From the NCBI GenBank assembly GCA_026770705.1, contig JANJGN010000036.1, forward strand, positions 1,178,001 to 1,242,000: 64,000 nt of DNA, written 5' to 3'. Positions 11,991 through 26,090 of this stretch are shown piece after piece. How positions within the stretch are numbered: position 1 is the stretch's first letter; each line of letters starts with the position of its first letter. Both the position numbers and the translations under genes were made by a program. This DNA is from Isurus oxyrinchus (taxonomy: Eukaryota). The notes below the pieces were generated by a model. That model ran no database searches and was not told where the DNA came from. It saw nothing but the letters and a program-made list of their open reading frames with translations.

Positions 11991-13609
11991 CACGTCTGAA
12001 GTATGGGGTTTTTCACGGTCATTCTCCGAGAGTTTGCATAAGACACCCCTGTTCGCTGGGTGTTGTAGTGTAGGTGGATTAACTGATCTATTAAGGTTAC
12101 AGTAAGACAATCAGCATTATTTAAACTAAGGAGCAACTCGCCCCAATAAATAATGATCTCCAGCTCTTCGAAGTGGGGTAATATTTTCAGCTGTTGTATT
12201 AGACTGAAAGATTGCATCAGTTCGAGCAGCTGTTTGTGTATGAAGGACAGTATAATTTTGTGTGATTTCATTATCTTGAGGAGTTGTATCAGTTTGATAG
12301 CTAATTCAGTTTAACCCTGTAGTCCACAAACACGACTTTCACAATCCAACATTTGGAATTGACTTACTGAGTGGCTGCAGTGAAAGAGGGCAGCCACATC
12401 CCAGTGTACCTGACAATCAGAGTTGACAGTGCCAACGTGTGTTAGAAATTAGATTATTAAATAACGACAACAGAGCTAAGGGCATCACTGAGGCAGAATG
12501 AAATGTAGAAGTTGGCCTGATGCTGTTGGAATGAATGCACCGTTTCTTTGTGTCAATGGTATCTATTTAGTTTAGTTCATTAGTAAGATCGGAATTTGCA
12601 CGTTTTGGAATCTTTCCAAAGCAGACACTGTACAACATATATTCTGTCAAATCAATGACATACGTTGATGACATAATAAGTTTGTAGAAATAATAAAAAA
12701 CACAAACTATGTGAAAAATGATGTAAAACCAGTATCCTCGTGGAGATACCGAAGGGGATAAATTAAAGGCTTTGGGAATGTGTTGCTCTAGTGGTTAATT
12801 CAGGGACATTGCCTGCATCTCGAAGCAACTGATTATTTCACACAAAAGATCATGAACACATTTTACAATTTCAGGAAGTATATAACATGGTTCTTGCCGT
12901 CATTGTTGTTCCTGGTAACTTACTGAAACCATTGACGTTGTGCAGTGTTTCTAGCTTTAGTTTGTGTCTAATAATGGTACATGGTCTTTTAGTTGTGACA
13001 GTTTTGCAGATACCCGTCCAGTAATATCATTTCATTAATTCATAAATGCTGGATTATTTTTGTCCCTTAATTCTATTGCATCACTTGAAAATGAGCCTTT
13101 GTTTGTAGCTCCCAGGTTCTCCGAATTGTCGACTTAATTGCTTCTTTTCTGAATTGTATCCTGTTGGATCAGACCTCAGTGCAGACATGGTCCTGAGGGA
13201 AACTCTGCGTGTGAGTTTCAGTCAGTGCGATATCAGACTGCGGAAGGCCCACTAAATACAATGAAGTAAATGGTCCCAGTGACCACGTCAAGGTGAGTAC
13301 TTGTCGCTGTAGAACTGCACTTAGCATCATATAATCATGGAAAGTTTACGACACAGAAAGAGGCCGCATGGCCCATCTTGCCTGCCCAAGCAGAAAAACG
13401 AGCCACCCTGGAAGCCACCTCAGGCTGGGGATTAACCGGATGGACTGACCTGAATGCACTGGACACGTATCACTGGGGGCATCTATCAGTGTAGAGCTAT
13501 GCAAAGCAAACTGCGTGGAACATCTAAAACCAATTTATCATGCATCATTGGAAGTCGAAGCCTGTGATAAACTGTTTGGAATGTGCGTCTCCAGCTGGAG
13601 TAGAATATC

Positions 13610-13830
13610 TGATGCATTATGGAGAGTAGAAACTCAGGAAGTGCTGGAACTACTCAACAGGTCTAGGAGCATTAGTAGAGAGAGAGAAACTGAGTAAAGG
13701 TTTCGAGTCAAATATTCGGTTCAAAAACTCAATTCTGCTTCTCTCTCCACCATTAATGCAAGATCTGTTGAGTATTCCCTCCTTTTTGTATTTTGTTTCA
13801 GATACCAACATCGACAGTCGTTCCTTGTAG
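13610..13830. repeat. Palindromic short interspersed element (related copies ~4760-4895, 20240-20410, 26505-26580, 57810-57970)
   Basis: Imperfect inverted repeat gctggaactactcaacaggtct ... agatctgttgagtattcc. Confidence 0.65.
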
Positions 13831-15879
13831 AGCTCAGTGTGGTTCCCTAATCAGAACCGAACACCTGACTCCAGTGACCATCTGTTACTGGGCGTGTTTC
13901 TGACTAGATTTATGGTTAGGATGTGTCTTGCAACTGAGCAGAAAACCTGATCCGAGCTAACATGTGTTAGTGGAAGTATTTATGATTGTGAAATTGTACT
14001 GAGGGTGGGTCGCTAACTGTAATGGATGAACCTGGCCCCTGTGATGATGTGGCACTGCGAATAACTGTCATTCTAGCATTGAACTGAGTCCGGGTCTCAA
14101 CTGATGTGAAACAAGTCAGTTACACGTGAAATCATTGTTTCAGGCGACTGAACTGGATGTACTTTTCCATTTTGTAATCAATGGGAAAAGGGAAGCTTTT
14201 CGCTGCGGTTTGATGTTTGACAATAAGTTTATAAATTGTAATATATTGATGATGTTTTGTCCCCTATTCAAATGTAATTTTAACTATTGTCTAACGAGTA
14301 AGCAGCAGAAAAGCAGTTACTCTATATAACCACTCTTCAAAATTATATATTGTTCGTATAAGCATAGTAATTCTAAAGACTGAAGTTGCTTTAGTGCTTA
14401 TTCGTCACGCTGCTAGCCCTGGCACAGTGCAGAAAAGTGAAAGGATTTACGGTCACGAGCTCTTAAGTATCTTATCTTGCTAGCACAGTGTCTAATCTGG
14501 GAAATGTTTCTTAATTATTTAAGGTCGGTTACTGAATAAGTTTTCCTGAACTCGTTCGTGTGTATGATTAAGAGTCTCGACGCATGTAACCTGCACGTGA
14601 ATCGATTGTAATCAGGGAGATGTGTTCCTGCGAGGAGACACTCTCGAAATGAGGAACATATATTTCATGTTTTCACAATACAGGAAATAGCGACAGGACA
14701 GTAGAAATAACGTTAGTAAGCCGTTAATAATGTAAGGAATAGTGCGCTGCATCCATAAATATCGCTTTTCAATATTATGAAATAACTGAAAGCATCCTAT
14801 GGTGGAGAGATTTAGCCTCCCGACAATCTCGGTCAATTAGTTTCCCTGGAGTTCACTCTTGTATTCAATGGAGACTGTTCTACAGTAATTAACTCCACAT
14901 TACATCCCCCTCCCAAAGGGAAGTATCATTCTCATGTTTCCACCTCTCAATCTCTTTGATGTTTTAAATTTCTCAATTTGCTTATTCCTCAACTGCCTGT
15001 GTTCTAGAGATCGGAGTCACAGCCAGTTACGCTTACTGACAGTTATGATCTCTCAGATATTACGTTATTCTTGTAAATAACACTTGAGCGTCTGGAAAGT
15101 TTGAATCTCTACTTCGTAAAATGACGAACAAAAATCTGGAGGGAACACTGAATGCAGTATAGTCAAGGTTCAATAAATGATTTAACATAATCCTTCCGAT
15201 TTTATTCTCCTTCCACTATAAATGAGCCCCAGTGTTTAGATTGCACCTTCATGGTTTTGATTGCTCTCATTTCTGGCTTGAATCACTTGTGACTCTCTTC
15301 CCCCAAACCCTTTTCCCTACTGTTTTCTTTATGAATTATTTGCCTCATTTTACCATAATTATCCTGTACTTTTTATCATTCGTTCGTTCATTTCTAACGT
15401 GAGAGGTAGTTGCTCCCTTTCAGATTTCCCTCCCTTTTCTGCATCTGAATCCTCAACAATTGTTTATTATTCCCCCATTGCCTCACAATGCTCCTCGCCT
15501 TAGAGTGTGAAGTTGCTGTCTGGATGCCCATTAATATTTCTACCCATGCCAGCCCGCCCTCTCCGCTCCAATGGCAAGAAACGTGACCTGCTGTTTCAGC
15601 CTTTGCCCAACCATTTTCCCTCGGTCATCTCGCACGCTTCCCATTTCGAGGGTTCCATTTGGAATGCATTAGTTTGTTTTCGGTTAGCTGCAGCTCTCAT
15701 TGGAAATCCTTTCCTCAGTATTGGCTGTGCATTGCTCATGTTTCCTGCATCAACTTTTCTTTTCCAGGACGTTCATGATCGTATGGGTCTCGTTCCCTTC
15801 TTTCACCCCGGCTTGCTTTCACATCGTTCGTTTCTGAATCTTCCTTTCCTTCCTCAACTTTTCCATCTCTATTTAAGCG

Positions 15880-16200
15880 GATAGACTTTCCACCAATATC
15901 AGACATCGAGCTCAACAGCTATCTTGACCATGCACCCTGAAATCCAGCTTCTTGTAAGGGCTCTGTTACTCAAGTTTCTCGGGCTCATTTCTCCTGTAGC
16001 TGTTATGACACTTGACACATCGGTGTTTCCCAAGTGAAGTACTTTCCTCCTCAGCAGACGTTTGCCACTTCACTGCAGTGAGCTGGCCCAACCGTGTTCA
16101 TTTTATTTCCAGCATTGCTGCCCTCACTACCTGCTCTCCCAGCCGCAGTCTGTAGAGGGAGCCTTTGTCCATAGAGAATTTTATTCCCTCTGTCTTGTGT
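15880..16200 (+). mobile_element. Penelope-like element fragment
   Basis: Degenerate SYLD...ASCK....QFL.L...CS-like motif typical of Penelope ORFs. Confidence 0.55.
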
Positions 16201-17329
16201 TCAAGAACTCTCTCGCTGTCAATCGATCTTCTTAAAGATCTTTCTACACAGTCAAATGAATCATTCCTCTGAAAGTGAGAGAGAAAATAAATTGTTTAGA
16301 AAATATCAAAAGATTCAGAACAAAAGTAGGCACAGCAAGAGCCAAAGCTCCATTTCTCACTTCCATAGGTAACCTCTCTGCACCTGCCAATTGTTAGCAA
16401 ATTTCATTTCCCAATCTACATGAGTGCTCAGCTAAACCTAATCTGGCCTCAAGTAAACTTTGTTCAATTCCGAAATATTGTTGCCCATCCCTCAACGGGA
16501 ATTTATCTCAAAGGCTTCCAATATCATTCAAACTCAATTGATTCGCTAAATATTTCTTAACCTTCCCTCAATGTGTGTTCACCGTAAACTTTCCTGTTAG
16601 CATGAAAACGCATGTAAATCCCTAGATATCCTTATGCTTCCACTTCTCTGTACCTGCACTGGGCATTAAAGACTTTGAGATACTTGCATTCTTCTCATTC
16701 TCTCCCCTTGCACCTCCCTTACCTTAATTGTTCCAACGTTGCCTCCCGTGCCTGTAGCTGCTTTGAGTCTAAGCTCTAGAACTAGTTTCCCAAACATTTC
16801 CACCTCGGGAAATATCTTTCCTGTTTTAAAGTGTTCCTTTAAATTGTGGCTTTTATCAATTTCCTGTCATCTGACCTCATATCTCCTTGTGTAGTTCAAT
16901 GTTAGTCCGTTCACCAAAAATCTGTGATAAATATTGTTTTTGCTCCGCGCCTAGGAATATAGGGGCAGGAACAGGCCATTCAGCCCTTCGAGCATGCTCC
17001 TCCATTCAATACGATCATGGCTCATCGAACACTTCAATGCCGTTTATCCACACTATCGCCATAACTCGTTACATTATTGTTAGTCATAAATCTATCAATC
17101 TGATGGTATTTTGCTGCTTTAAATACACTTTACAAATGTGAACTGTTGTTACCCTGACCCAACAAACTCTCAAAGAATGGGTCCACTGAATGCATACAGA
17201 TTGAACTGAATCTATGCTGACCAATTGTCATCATGGCGGGAACGGAATTATTTATTTAAAAACTAAAGATCCCTTTGCTCTTCCCAATCGAATGCTGCGG
17301 GGATAGTGTACGGCTTAGATGCAGAGAAG

Positions 17330-18230
17330 CACATCCTGCATTATAACCAATAAAACACTGCTAAGAAATGTAAAGATGTGTAGTGATTTATGCTCTGTAT
17401 GCAGTGTCACATGAAGCTCTCCCACAGCACTTACCACATGCGTTAACTGCAGAGTTTAGTACCTTGCACACGATCACCTCAAAGCATCTCAATTAGATAC
17501 AGCACTGTTAAAACACAGAGAGTCTGCTCTACGCTCTCTAATCAAACACTAAATATTAAAATGTACAATGCAGGTTAGATGCATATTAATCATTCTTCGA
17601 CAGTCCAAGACCATAAAAGTTAGCATAAATACGGATTAAAATGCCCCATAAAATTTCATAACAACCATGCTCCAAGCAAGGGTACACATCCGATGAAAGC
17701 TCCATTTTCACTGTTCCATCAAGTTCTGCATGAACAGGTGAAGCACAGTTTAAATACAGAGTAAATCTCCCTCTACACACTGCTCCACAAAACACTCCTA
17801 AAGAAAGTTTGACCGTGTTTAGATAGAGTGTAAAGCTGCCTCTACACTGCTCCAGAAAGCAAGCCATGGAAATTACAGCAAGGTATAGACACAACTCCGA
17901 CACAGAGTTACAGCCGTCCCTTGAAATACTGACAGGAATGGTAAAGAACTGGATCGGTACTGAGTAATGCTCCTTCAGTAGTCGATGAGCATTTTAAGGG
18001 CAAGCAAAGCATGGCATGGATACTGTGTAAACATCACATTTAAATGTCACAGCATCAAATCAAGGACAGGTGTAGATTGGATATATCCCGATTACAATTG
18101 CTTCAGTCCTGCCTCATTACATTCAGCGCATGTAAAGCAGCATACCCATAGAATAATATTGCTTCCTTTACGCTATCTCCACAACATCTTAGGGCAGGTA
18201 CAGTACCGGGCAGGCACAGAATAATGAAAT
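17330..18230. repeat. Degenerate ~65-bp tandem satellite
   Basis: Recurring unit approximating agagtaaagctccctctacactg...aaacactc...ggttagatac. Confidence 0.75.
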
Positions 18231-20469
18231 AGTGGAAAGTAATGCTGGATTTAGTTATGCGTCATCTGTTTTAATTTGGATCGAATTGGAATTGGGGAAC
18301 AGCCTCGGAAAATAAAACAGTGTTGAAAAGTAAATTAACCCCATTACAACCGCCATTTACAACCAGAAGTGGAGAGTAAGGGAATTTTTCTTTTATGGAA
18401 ATGCTGCCTGAAAGGGCGGTGGAAGGAGATTCAATAGGAGCTTTCAAAATGGAAATTTGATAAATATCGAAAGGTAACAGTTACAGGGCTATGGGGAAAG
18501 AGTAAGAGGGGAGTGGGACAAATTGGATCTATCTTTGAAGGAGCTAGCACAGGCACTGTGGGCCGAATGACTCATTTATTCGTCATTTCTGGTTTTATTC
18601 ATTTTGTCACCGCTGTCTAGCCTCTGGCTGTTGGCAGAGAGACAGAGATAATTCCACCCCCACCCATCCCTTCACACCCCACTTCGCAAGTCAACTCTGT
18701 AGTGAGTACTTTCCCCCCACCCCCCCCCCCCCACCCCCCCTTCCGCCCACCACACCCCATCACTGGGGAATATCAAGCAGAGTAATCCTCCATCAAACTA
18801 TTTCTAATATGGTAACCCGATGTCGCTAAGTGAATTTCTGGGTGTTCTGGAATGTCCTCTATTTGTTCAGTGAGTTCTTCAATACTCGCTCTTGCTCCTG
18901 ACTCAAATATCATCGCCACAATATTCGAAAATGGGTCGAAAATAATTCTGAGCAGTAATAGGAAACTTAACGTCTCCCATCGGATAACACAGCGTGGGGG
19001 AGGTGGGGTGGTCTATTCAGCCTAATGCGCTTGTGCTGGTGCATCGAAAGTGTAATCCAATTCATCCCACTGCCTCCTGCTCTTTCCATTATAGCCCTAT
19101 ATACTATCACTTTCAAGTATTTAACCAATGTTCCATCTTGAATGTTCCTGTTGAATTTGCTTCCACCGCCCTTTCAAGCACCACCTTCCAGATCACACAA
19201 CCCATTGTGCACAAAAATCAATTCTCCTCGTCTCCCCGCCTCTGGTTCTGTTCCCTATTGTCTTGAATCTGTGTCTATCAGGTTACCGAACATCCTGTCC
19301 AATGGAAAGAGTTGCTGCTTCGCAGCTAACCCTGTGACCCCTTTGCCAGGCAGTCGATGTCTACTGGACTCACACCTACCTCCACCACTTGACCTTCGCT
19401 GTGACCTGAGGGAGAGCTCCACCTGTCATTTTAAACTGCACCTTCCCCTAGGCTGGATAATGCACAGAGGGACAAGGTCTTTGGTGAGGAGGTCGGGGTT
19501 TGGGGGGAGGGGTTGGGTTGTTGGGAGTTGGTGGGGTTGACTGTGCAGGAACTCAGTCTGTTGATTTTGTTCCCGTTGCCTGTTGGAACGCCTGTACAAT
19601 GAGACGTGCAGTTCACCTCTCAATTCAACTCCCCTCAAGAGCAATTGGTCTCAAGAACAAGACGAGGACCTTCAGCCAGTCCAAGCTGTTCCCCCAATCA
19701 ATGAGATCGTGGCTCACCTGTATCTTAAATCCATCTACCGGCTTTGCTTCCGTAATCCTTAATCCCCATAGATGGGAAAAATCTATCAATCCTAGTTTTA
19801 ACATTTCGAATTGACCCCCAGCCTAGGCAGCTCTTTCGGTGAAGATTGGCCTTTCCCTGCACAGCTTTGTGTGAGGAAGTGCATCCTGATACCACACCTG
19901 GCTCCAATTCTAAACCTAACACAGGGCCCTGTGGGGTTCAGCCATTGAGTGAATTCACTAAATTAATTTAAACACCTCAATTGACTAACCTCTTAATCTC
20001 CTATATAACAGGAATACTAATTCATTCGAAGGAAGCAGTCCTCATAATTCAACCGTTTAATCTTCGGTAACTTTTTTGTGAAACTGCACGGAAAATATCT
20101 AGACTTGGTGAGAATCTCGCCCCAGCTCCGCAGAACTACCCCTTTAACATTCAAACTGACTCCTTTTTCCATAAACAAACAGGATTTTAGTTTCAAGTAT
20201 AAATTAAAAAAACCCTGCAATGTTTAATATTTAAAATGTAAACAGAAACTGCTGGAAATGCTTGGTGTGCGGATCTTTATTTATTCCTGGGGCAGGCAGG
20301 TAAAGTTCATGTTCAGGAGTCTCATCTGCCTCTGAAGTGGCCATCAACTAGTCTTCCAGCCATATAGATGCTGACGGATCTGCCCTCTCTTTCCAGAATT
20401 TCCTGTTTTTGTGAATTTTACCCGAAATAATTTTTCTCCAGTTCATAGAGATATTTTAAATAGGTTAAA

Positions 20470-21180
20470 GGAATAGAGGGACCTGGGGGATTATGAGCAC
20501 TAATCTTTGACAGTGACCAGAGAGGTCGAGAAAACTGTTTGAAAAAGGGATATAAGGCTCTCGGTTTTAATAATGAGGCAGAGAGTACAGAAACACGGAT
20601 GCATAGTTCAACATTTACAAACGGCTGACTCTGCCTCAGCTGGATTATTGAGTCCAAATGGGCCCTGCACATTCGGTTGCATGTCCAGGGCCTTCAAGAG
20701 GGTGCGCAGGGACACTTACCCAGAATGGGTCAAGGGATGAGAGGTTCTGGTTCATGTGGAGAGACTGGAGAATCTGGGATTGTTCTCCTTAGAGCGGAGA
20801 AGGTTAAGGGAGAGATTTAATCGACGGCTTCAAAATCAGCAAGGGGGTTTGGATCGAGTAAATAAGGAGAAACTGTTTCCACTGTGCAGGAGGGTCGGTA
20901 ACCAGAGGGGACACAGATTGAAGAGAATCTAGAAAAGAGCCAGAGGGGGAGATTTGGAGAAAGTTTTTTTTTAACACAACGACTTGTTGTGACCTGGAAG
21001 GCGCTGCCTGTAAGGGTGGTGGAAACAGATTCAAAAGGAAATTTCAAAAAGGGGAATTGGATAAGTAATTGAAGGGGAGACATTTCACTGCTCTGGGGGA
21101 TGGGTGAGTGTGGTACTAATTGTGTAGATAATTCATATGGCCTCTTTCTATGTTCGATCAGTCTATGATTCTATGATTTC
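20470..21180 (+). mobile_element. CR1-like LINE 3' fragment
   Basis: LEKLGLFSLE.RRLRGDL-like motif and (ctatgatt)n tail. Confidence 0.75.
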
Positions 21181-21574
21181 TATAGAATATTTAATTTCAT
21201 TGGGAATTCCCAAAATGTTTGAAACTCATTTTGGAATGCAACAATTTGAATAATGTAGGCAAATTAATTGAAAGATTAGCTGGGGAATTATGGAAATAAA
21301 AAATAATTGAAACTCATCAATTAGTCAGTAATTTATTTTAACGTGGATGTGGTTTGTGAGGGACTTTTCGCATACAATCTGATTACAGGTCAGAGTGTCC
21401 TATATATTCATGAATCCACCCCCCCCCCCAACCCCCCACAGCCCCCTCTCTCCTTCTTTCCCTCACACACACACACAAAAACACATACAGACTCGTCAAT
21501 GTGTTTCATATTTTAATGAGTTTTCTCTCCCCCTTCCACCCCTCCCCACACACACACACATACACACACAGTAA

Positions 21575-21894
21575 GTGAGGATCGAAGTTCTCTGTCAAGC
21601 TCCCTCCCACCTCGGAAGGAATGGACTCAGGATTGGCCACTGTGTCCTGCCTGGTGAGTGGCCTTATGCCAGGTTTCGTGCGGGCCCTCTGGAGTGTTAA
21701 GGGTAAACATGGAGAGAGCAGAGTGAGGACGAGTCCTGCTTCCTGGACAGCGATCAAACTTACAGCCTGAACAGTTACCTGGGAGTGCTGACCACTACCT
21801 GGAAGGAAGGCTCCAATTATTCCTGCGGTGTCAGCCACAGTCCCTGCACTCACCCCTTATCAAAACGATCAGCCCAAGTGGTTGCTCGCTCTGA
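21575..21894 (+). pseudogene. Immunoglobulin light-chain constant exon relic, most like cartilaginous-fish type I / sigma-cart
   Basis: Across frameshifts reads SEDR/KFSVKLPPTSEGMDSGLATVSCLVSGLMPGFVRALWSVKGKHGESRVRTSPA/LDSDQTYSLNSYLGVLTTTWKEGSNYSCGVSHS/SPLIKTISPSGCSL*; both C1 Cys, Trp, YSC.V.H and C-terminal interchain Cys present. Confidence 0.85.
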
Positions 21895-22661
21895 GAGACT
21901 GGTAGTCTGCCTTACAGTTTGATTACTTGAAGATATTTCATGCAGAGGCACAGTTTATTCAACGCGTGAAAAATACGCAGTTTTTGCAATGTTATCGCTG
22001 TAACAATGTCAGATTTTGGCGAGGAACACGAATGTCAAATGAAAGCAGAAGCGAACGAAATTATTTTCTGACCTTGTGCCTCGGAATTTCCCGTGGAATT
22101 GTTCCCAGTATCCTATGTGCCAAGTTCCGCTATGTGCACAATCCCCTCCTTTCAGACACTGACCATGATGTGTTTGTGAACTTGTATCACACAGCTTGTA
22201 ATAAACACCAAGTGCTGTTATGAAACTAAATTGGCCGATCATTATTCAGCACTGAAAGGAATGTGGGGAGGATTGACGGTGAATAATTTACAGTTCAAAT
22301 AACAAAACATAGAATTACGTAAAATGACAGAACAAAAACAGAATTGCGTACAGTAACAGCACAGTAACATGCACCTATACTATTCTCATCAACAACTTCC
22401 TGCGGGAACGAGTTCCAAATTCTGCACGCTCTCTGAGTAAAGGAGCTTCTGCTGAATTGCCAGTTAGATTCTTTCTGTAACTATCTTAACATATGACCAA
22501 TAATTTCCAAATCCTGCATAAGTAAAGCCTTATTAAACTATTTCTTAATTTTAAAGCCCTCAGTCAGGTCACCCTTCAATCATCTATTAATTTTAGAGGA
22601 AAGAGCTACAGCCTGTTCACTCTTTCCTGGTAGATATAAGCTCAGTTCTGGGTGACGGACA

Positions 22662-22704
22662 ATGAGCTTCCTTGGTGCCTGTGCATTGTCCCCTCTCTTC
22701 CAGG
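22662..22704 (+). pseudogene. Type I relic E: isolated leader exon
   Basis: MSFLGACALSPLFQ-G, near-identical to the gene A leader; donor mutated to ag; followed by intron-1 homology, then 3'-flank homology. Confidence 0.8.
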
Positions 22705-24269
22705 AGGAGATATCCTGACAGGTTCTGATGAAGTGGAGGAGAGTTTGGTGAGCTCAACCACTGGCAGGAGGGTAGGTAATCAGAGGGATACAGACTGGTG
22801 ATAATCAGCAAAAAAAACAAAAGGAGAGATGAGGATTTATTTTTAAAACAGCGAATTATTGTGACCTGGAAGGCGCTGCCTGAAAGGGCACTGGATGTAG
22901 ATTCAATAGGGACGTTCAATATAGGAATTGGGTAAATTGTTGAAGTGGAAAAATACAAGGATTTTGGAGAAAGATTAGGACGGAGATTGAGGACTAATTG
23001 GTTAGAACATTCAAAGAGCCAGCAGAGCCGAATGGACTCCTCCTCTTAACGGTGCAATTTCAATTCAGCCTCTGCACGTTTCAATTTCCTTCTATTGGTG
23101 TCTTTAATTGCATTCTGCCCCTTTATACAGTATAGGAGCAAGGTGTAATTCAAATAATCTTTGCAAGGTATCTGTGTCCGAGTTACCAATATATTGAAGC
23201 ACATTTGAAAACCAATGATAACTTTGTAACTCAATTTTGTTTGATGGTTTATACCAGAGGGTACTCAATGTGTCTCTTAAGCTAACTTACAAATGCATTT
23301 CCAGAGTGAATGTGTGCAGGTTAGAAATGGAGTTAAGGGCCGAGAGGACCGGTCAGTCCCTAGCTGGAGATTTTGGCTGCATCAATATAAAAGCTGCAGT
23401 GCAATTGGATCCAGCGCCTTCACTGGTTGTGTCTTGGAGCTGAACATTTAGACATACTCTTGAAAGAAATTTAGTTGCAATGCACTTGCCCTTTGGATAT
23501 CACAGTTCAATGGATTTTACAAACTAGAACCATAGATTCATAGACACTTATAGAATATAAGGAGGGCATTCGGCCCGTCACGCCTGTACTGACTTTTCGA
23601 ATGCACACTTTAGTCCCACTCCCTAGCAATCAGCGCAAGACTCTCAGAATTAGTCCAGTAAATGTTCATATCGAAGCTGCTTACAGCAATATGCATCAGC
23701 TGTGACTGAAAGCGGTTTGCTGACTGTATTAAAAATTTACAAGCGTGAACACTATTTCCTTCTCACATGAGAAGAACAGTCAAACCTGCGACTAAAATTT
23801 AGACGGTGTTTCGCTGAGTTAAGTGAAATATTTCCAACGCATCTTTAATTGCACAAACATTTAAAAACTGGTCTGGAAACCGTTGGTGTGCTGTTCTCTG
23901 GACAATTGTGTTAGTTATAAAAATCTGATCGAATGGAGAACTTCTTGTTCCTAATGGATATAAATATTCCCAAATTAACATGTGCTCTTTCTCCTGTTAA
24001 GCTACATTCTGCACCGATATTGTAAAGAGTATTTGGAGGCACTTGTTTCAAGATGTAGATAGAAAAGTTATTTCTGCTAAACACAACTCATCCATCCGGG
24101 AATTTCCTGTCCCTCTCAACCATCAGGACAACAGTTCTTTCATAAACAATTGCATGTGGGTTCCCAGACCCAATCCCTTCGAACCCAATTCTCTCTACCC
24201 AGAGAACCATTCAGAATGCTGGTCGTTCTGTGTCTGATAGGCCTGTTGACATCAGTCCTCAACCTAAGA

Positions 24270-24750
24270 CTTCTCAATCCCACTGGAAACAGGACATTGG
24301 AGCAGAATGAGGCCATTCAGCCGCCCTAGCCTGTTTTGCAATTCAGGTGTGTCATGTGCGCATCGGTACCTGAACTCCACTTAACTGTTTTTATTCCAGA
24401 TTCCTTAATCCCCTCACCCAAATAAAATGAATCGACCACAGCCTTAATTGCTCTTTTTGGAAGACAGTTGAAGATTTCCACGCAGATTTGTGTGAACAAG
24501 TGCTTCCTGACATCAGCCCTGAAGTGCCTCGCTTTAATTTGGAGGTTGATCCCCTTTGTTCTGGATGCCCCCACTGCCCCCCAACAGAGGTAATAGTTTC
24601 CCTCTATCCACCCTATCGAATCTTTTCATAATCTTAAACTTCCGGGTTCAATCACCCCTGAATCTCGTAAACTGGAAGAATGGAAGCTTCGCCTATCCAG
24701 CCTGTCCTCGTAATCTAACTCTGTGAACCCAGGTATCGTCTTTGTGAATG
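24270..24750 (-). mobile_element. CR1-like LINE 3' fragment
   Basis: Reverse-strand SRT.G..L.I....FR.DVRK..FTQ motif. Confidence 0.7.
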
Positions 24751-25049
24751 GAAGTTTGTGCTATGTGAACCTGTAACGCAATCTGAATGCACGTTCATAA
24801 GAGCGCGAGAGTTCATTTAACTATACAGGAGAGTTCTTGGGCACATTCTCTTTGATGGATCTTGAAATAATTTTTGCCTGGAACTGCCTTTGTTGCTCCC
24901 AAATCTGATTCTGTTGTATTTGTTGATTGGAGTAACCAGAATGGGAATATTTATGCTGGTGTGACTCTGATCGGTAACTCAGTCTAACCAAGTGGGTTGC
25001 AATCCTTTATCTCTCTAACTGATTATATGGTAAATAGTTGCTTGGCATT

Positions 25050-26090
25050 ACAGAACTCGAGTATTGCTGACAAAAAGATACTTTTGAAAGGACGCTTGTC
25101 ATTTTGAACTCATCCATGAAATTGGCAAGAAAATACCAATGTCAGTGGAAACTATCTATTTAAGGTGTACGAGAAAAAAAAAACACTGATTGGTTTGCAG
25201 TTGGACTCTGTTTGGTACAGGTGTTGTAATGGAGAATACACTAGTTGAGGGTGACCGGCAGCTAAGTGCCAAGCAGAGTATGTCATAAATATCAGCAACA
25301 GGTTAATCTAGCTGCTTCACGAAGCTGCTATGCAGTAGCAACACAAGTTGTATTCGCCATTAACAGGATGTTGCGTCAAACCCAACAGCGTTCTGCCTAT
25401 CAGACAAAAGACTGAGTGTTCTATGAATTCCAGTGTCAATGTGATGCTAGGCATGTCCGCCATATGTCCCAAAGCCGTGCCGATTGTATCCAGTAGCCTG
25501 TTCCTTCCACTGTTCACAGTGGCAAGGTACGGACCATACCCAATCTGCCGATTCTTGAAAAATTCAAAACACGGTGTTGAAAATTAAAACTTATCCTGTG
25601 ATCGGACAACCGATGCTGAAGAATCCTCAGGGTGATACAAATTATGCTGACAACCATTTTAAGGTTGTCAATTGGGCTCAGAGTGGGGCGCATTTACGTG
25701 CACTTGCATCTAAATATATTTGCACACAGGGCCTTATTCATTGCAGGTAGAAGTAATATGTGCACACGTTGTGTCTGTTTCAGCTAAACAAAGTAAATGT
25801 TAGCCATTCACTGGTTTATTCCTCAGGACAATGTCTTAACCAATCAGAATCAAACGGCCCGGTAAAAATTTCAAAAAGTTCTTGGCAGTTAACTGTCTGT
25901 CACCATCAAACGTTGCATTCTCCAAGGCAAAGCCTCCACAAAACAGACGCCACTTGCCAATAAATCAACACCTACTTCTCAGGTGGTGTAATTGTTTTCT
26001 CCCTAACATTAGTATTCTCATGCGAATTGTCCTTATGAGTACAAGGTGAAAAGCTTCAGTAAATAAGTCCGTTTTTCGGGAATATGCAGA
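25050..26090 (+). mobile_element. Penelope-like element: GIY-YIG remnant flanked by inverted terminal repeats
   Basis: VVFAINRML...VFYEFQCQCDARHV..SQ..ADCI at ~25347-25490; 25060-25273 is an imperfect inverted copy of 25880-26090. Confidence 0.75.

Noticed and set aside
14425-14520. Two CACAGTG heptamers as possible RSS for the IgL C relic
   Set aside because: No ACAAAAACC-like nonamer at 12 or 23 nt, and no V segment upstream
12870-14840. Isolated splice-like sites (13293 gtgagt) and a hydrophobic minus-strand stretch at ~14690-14750
   Set aside because: No open, phase-consistent exon chain or paralog support
17330-18230. Repeat array as CRISPR-like
   Set aside because: Eukaryotic degenerate satellite without unique spacers or cas genes
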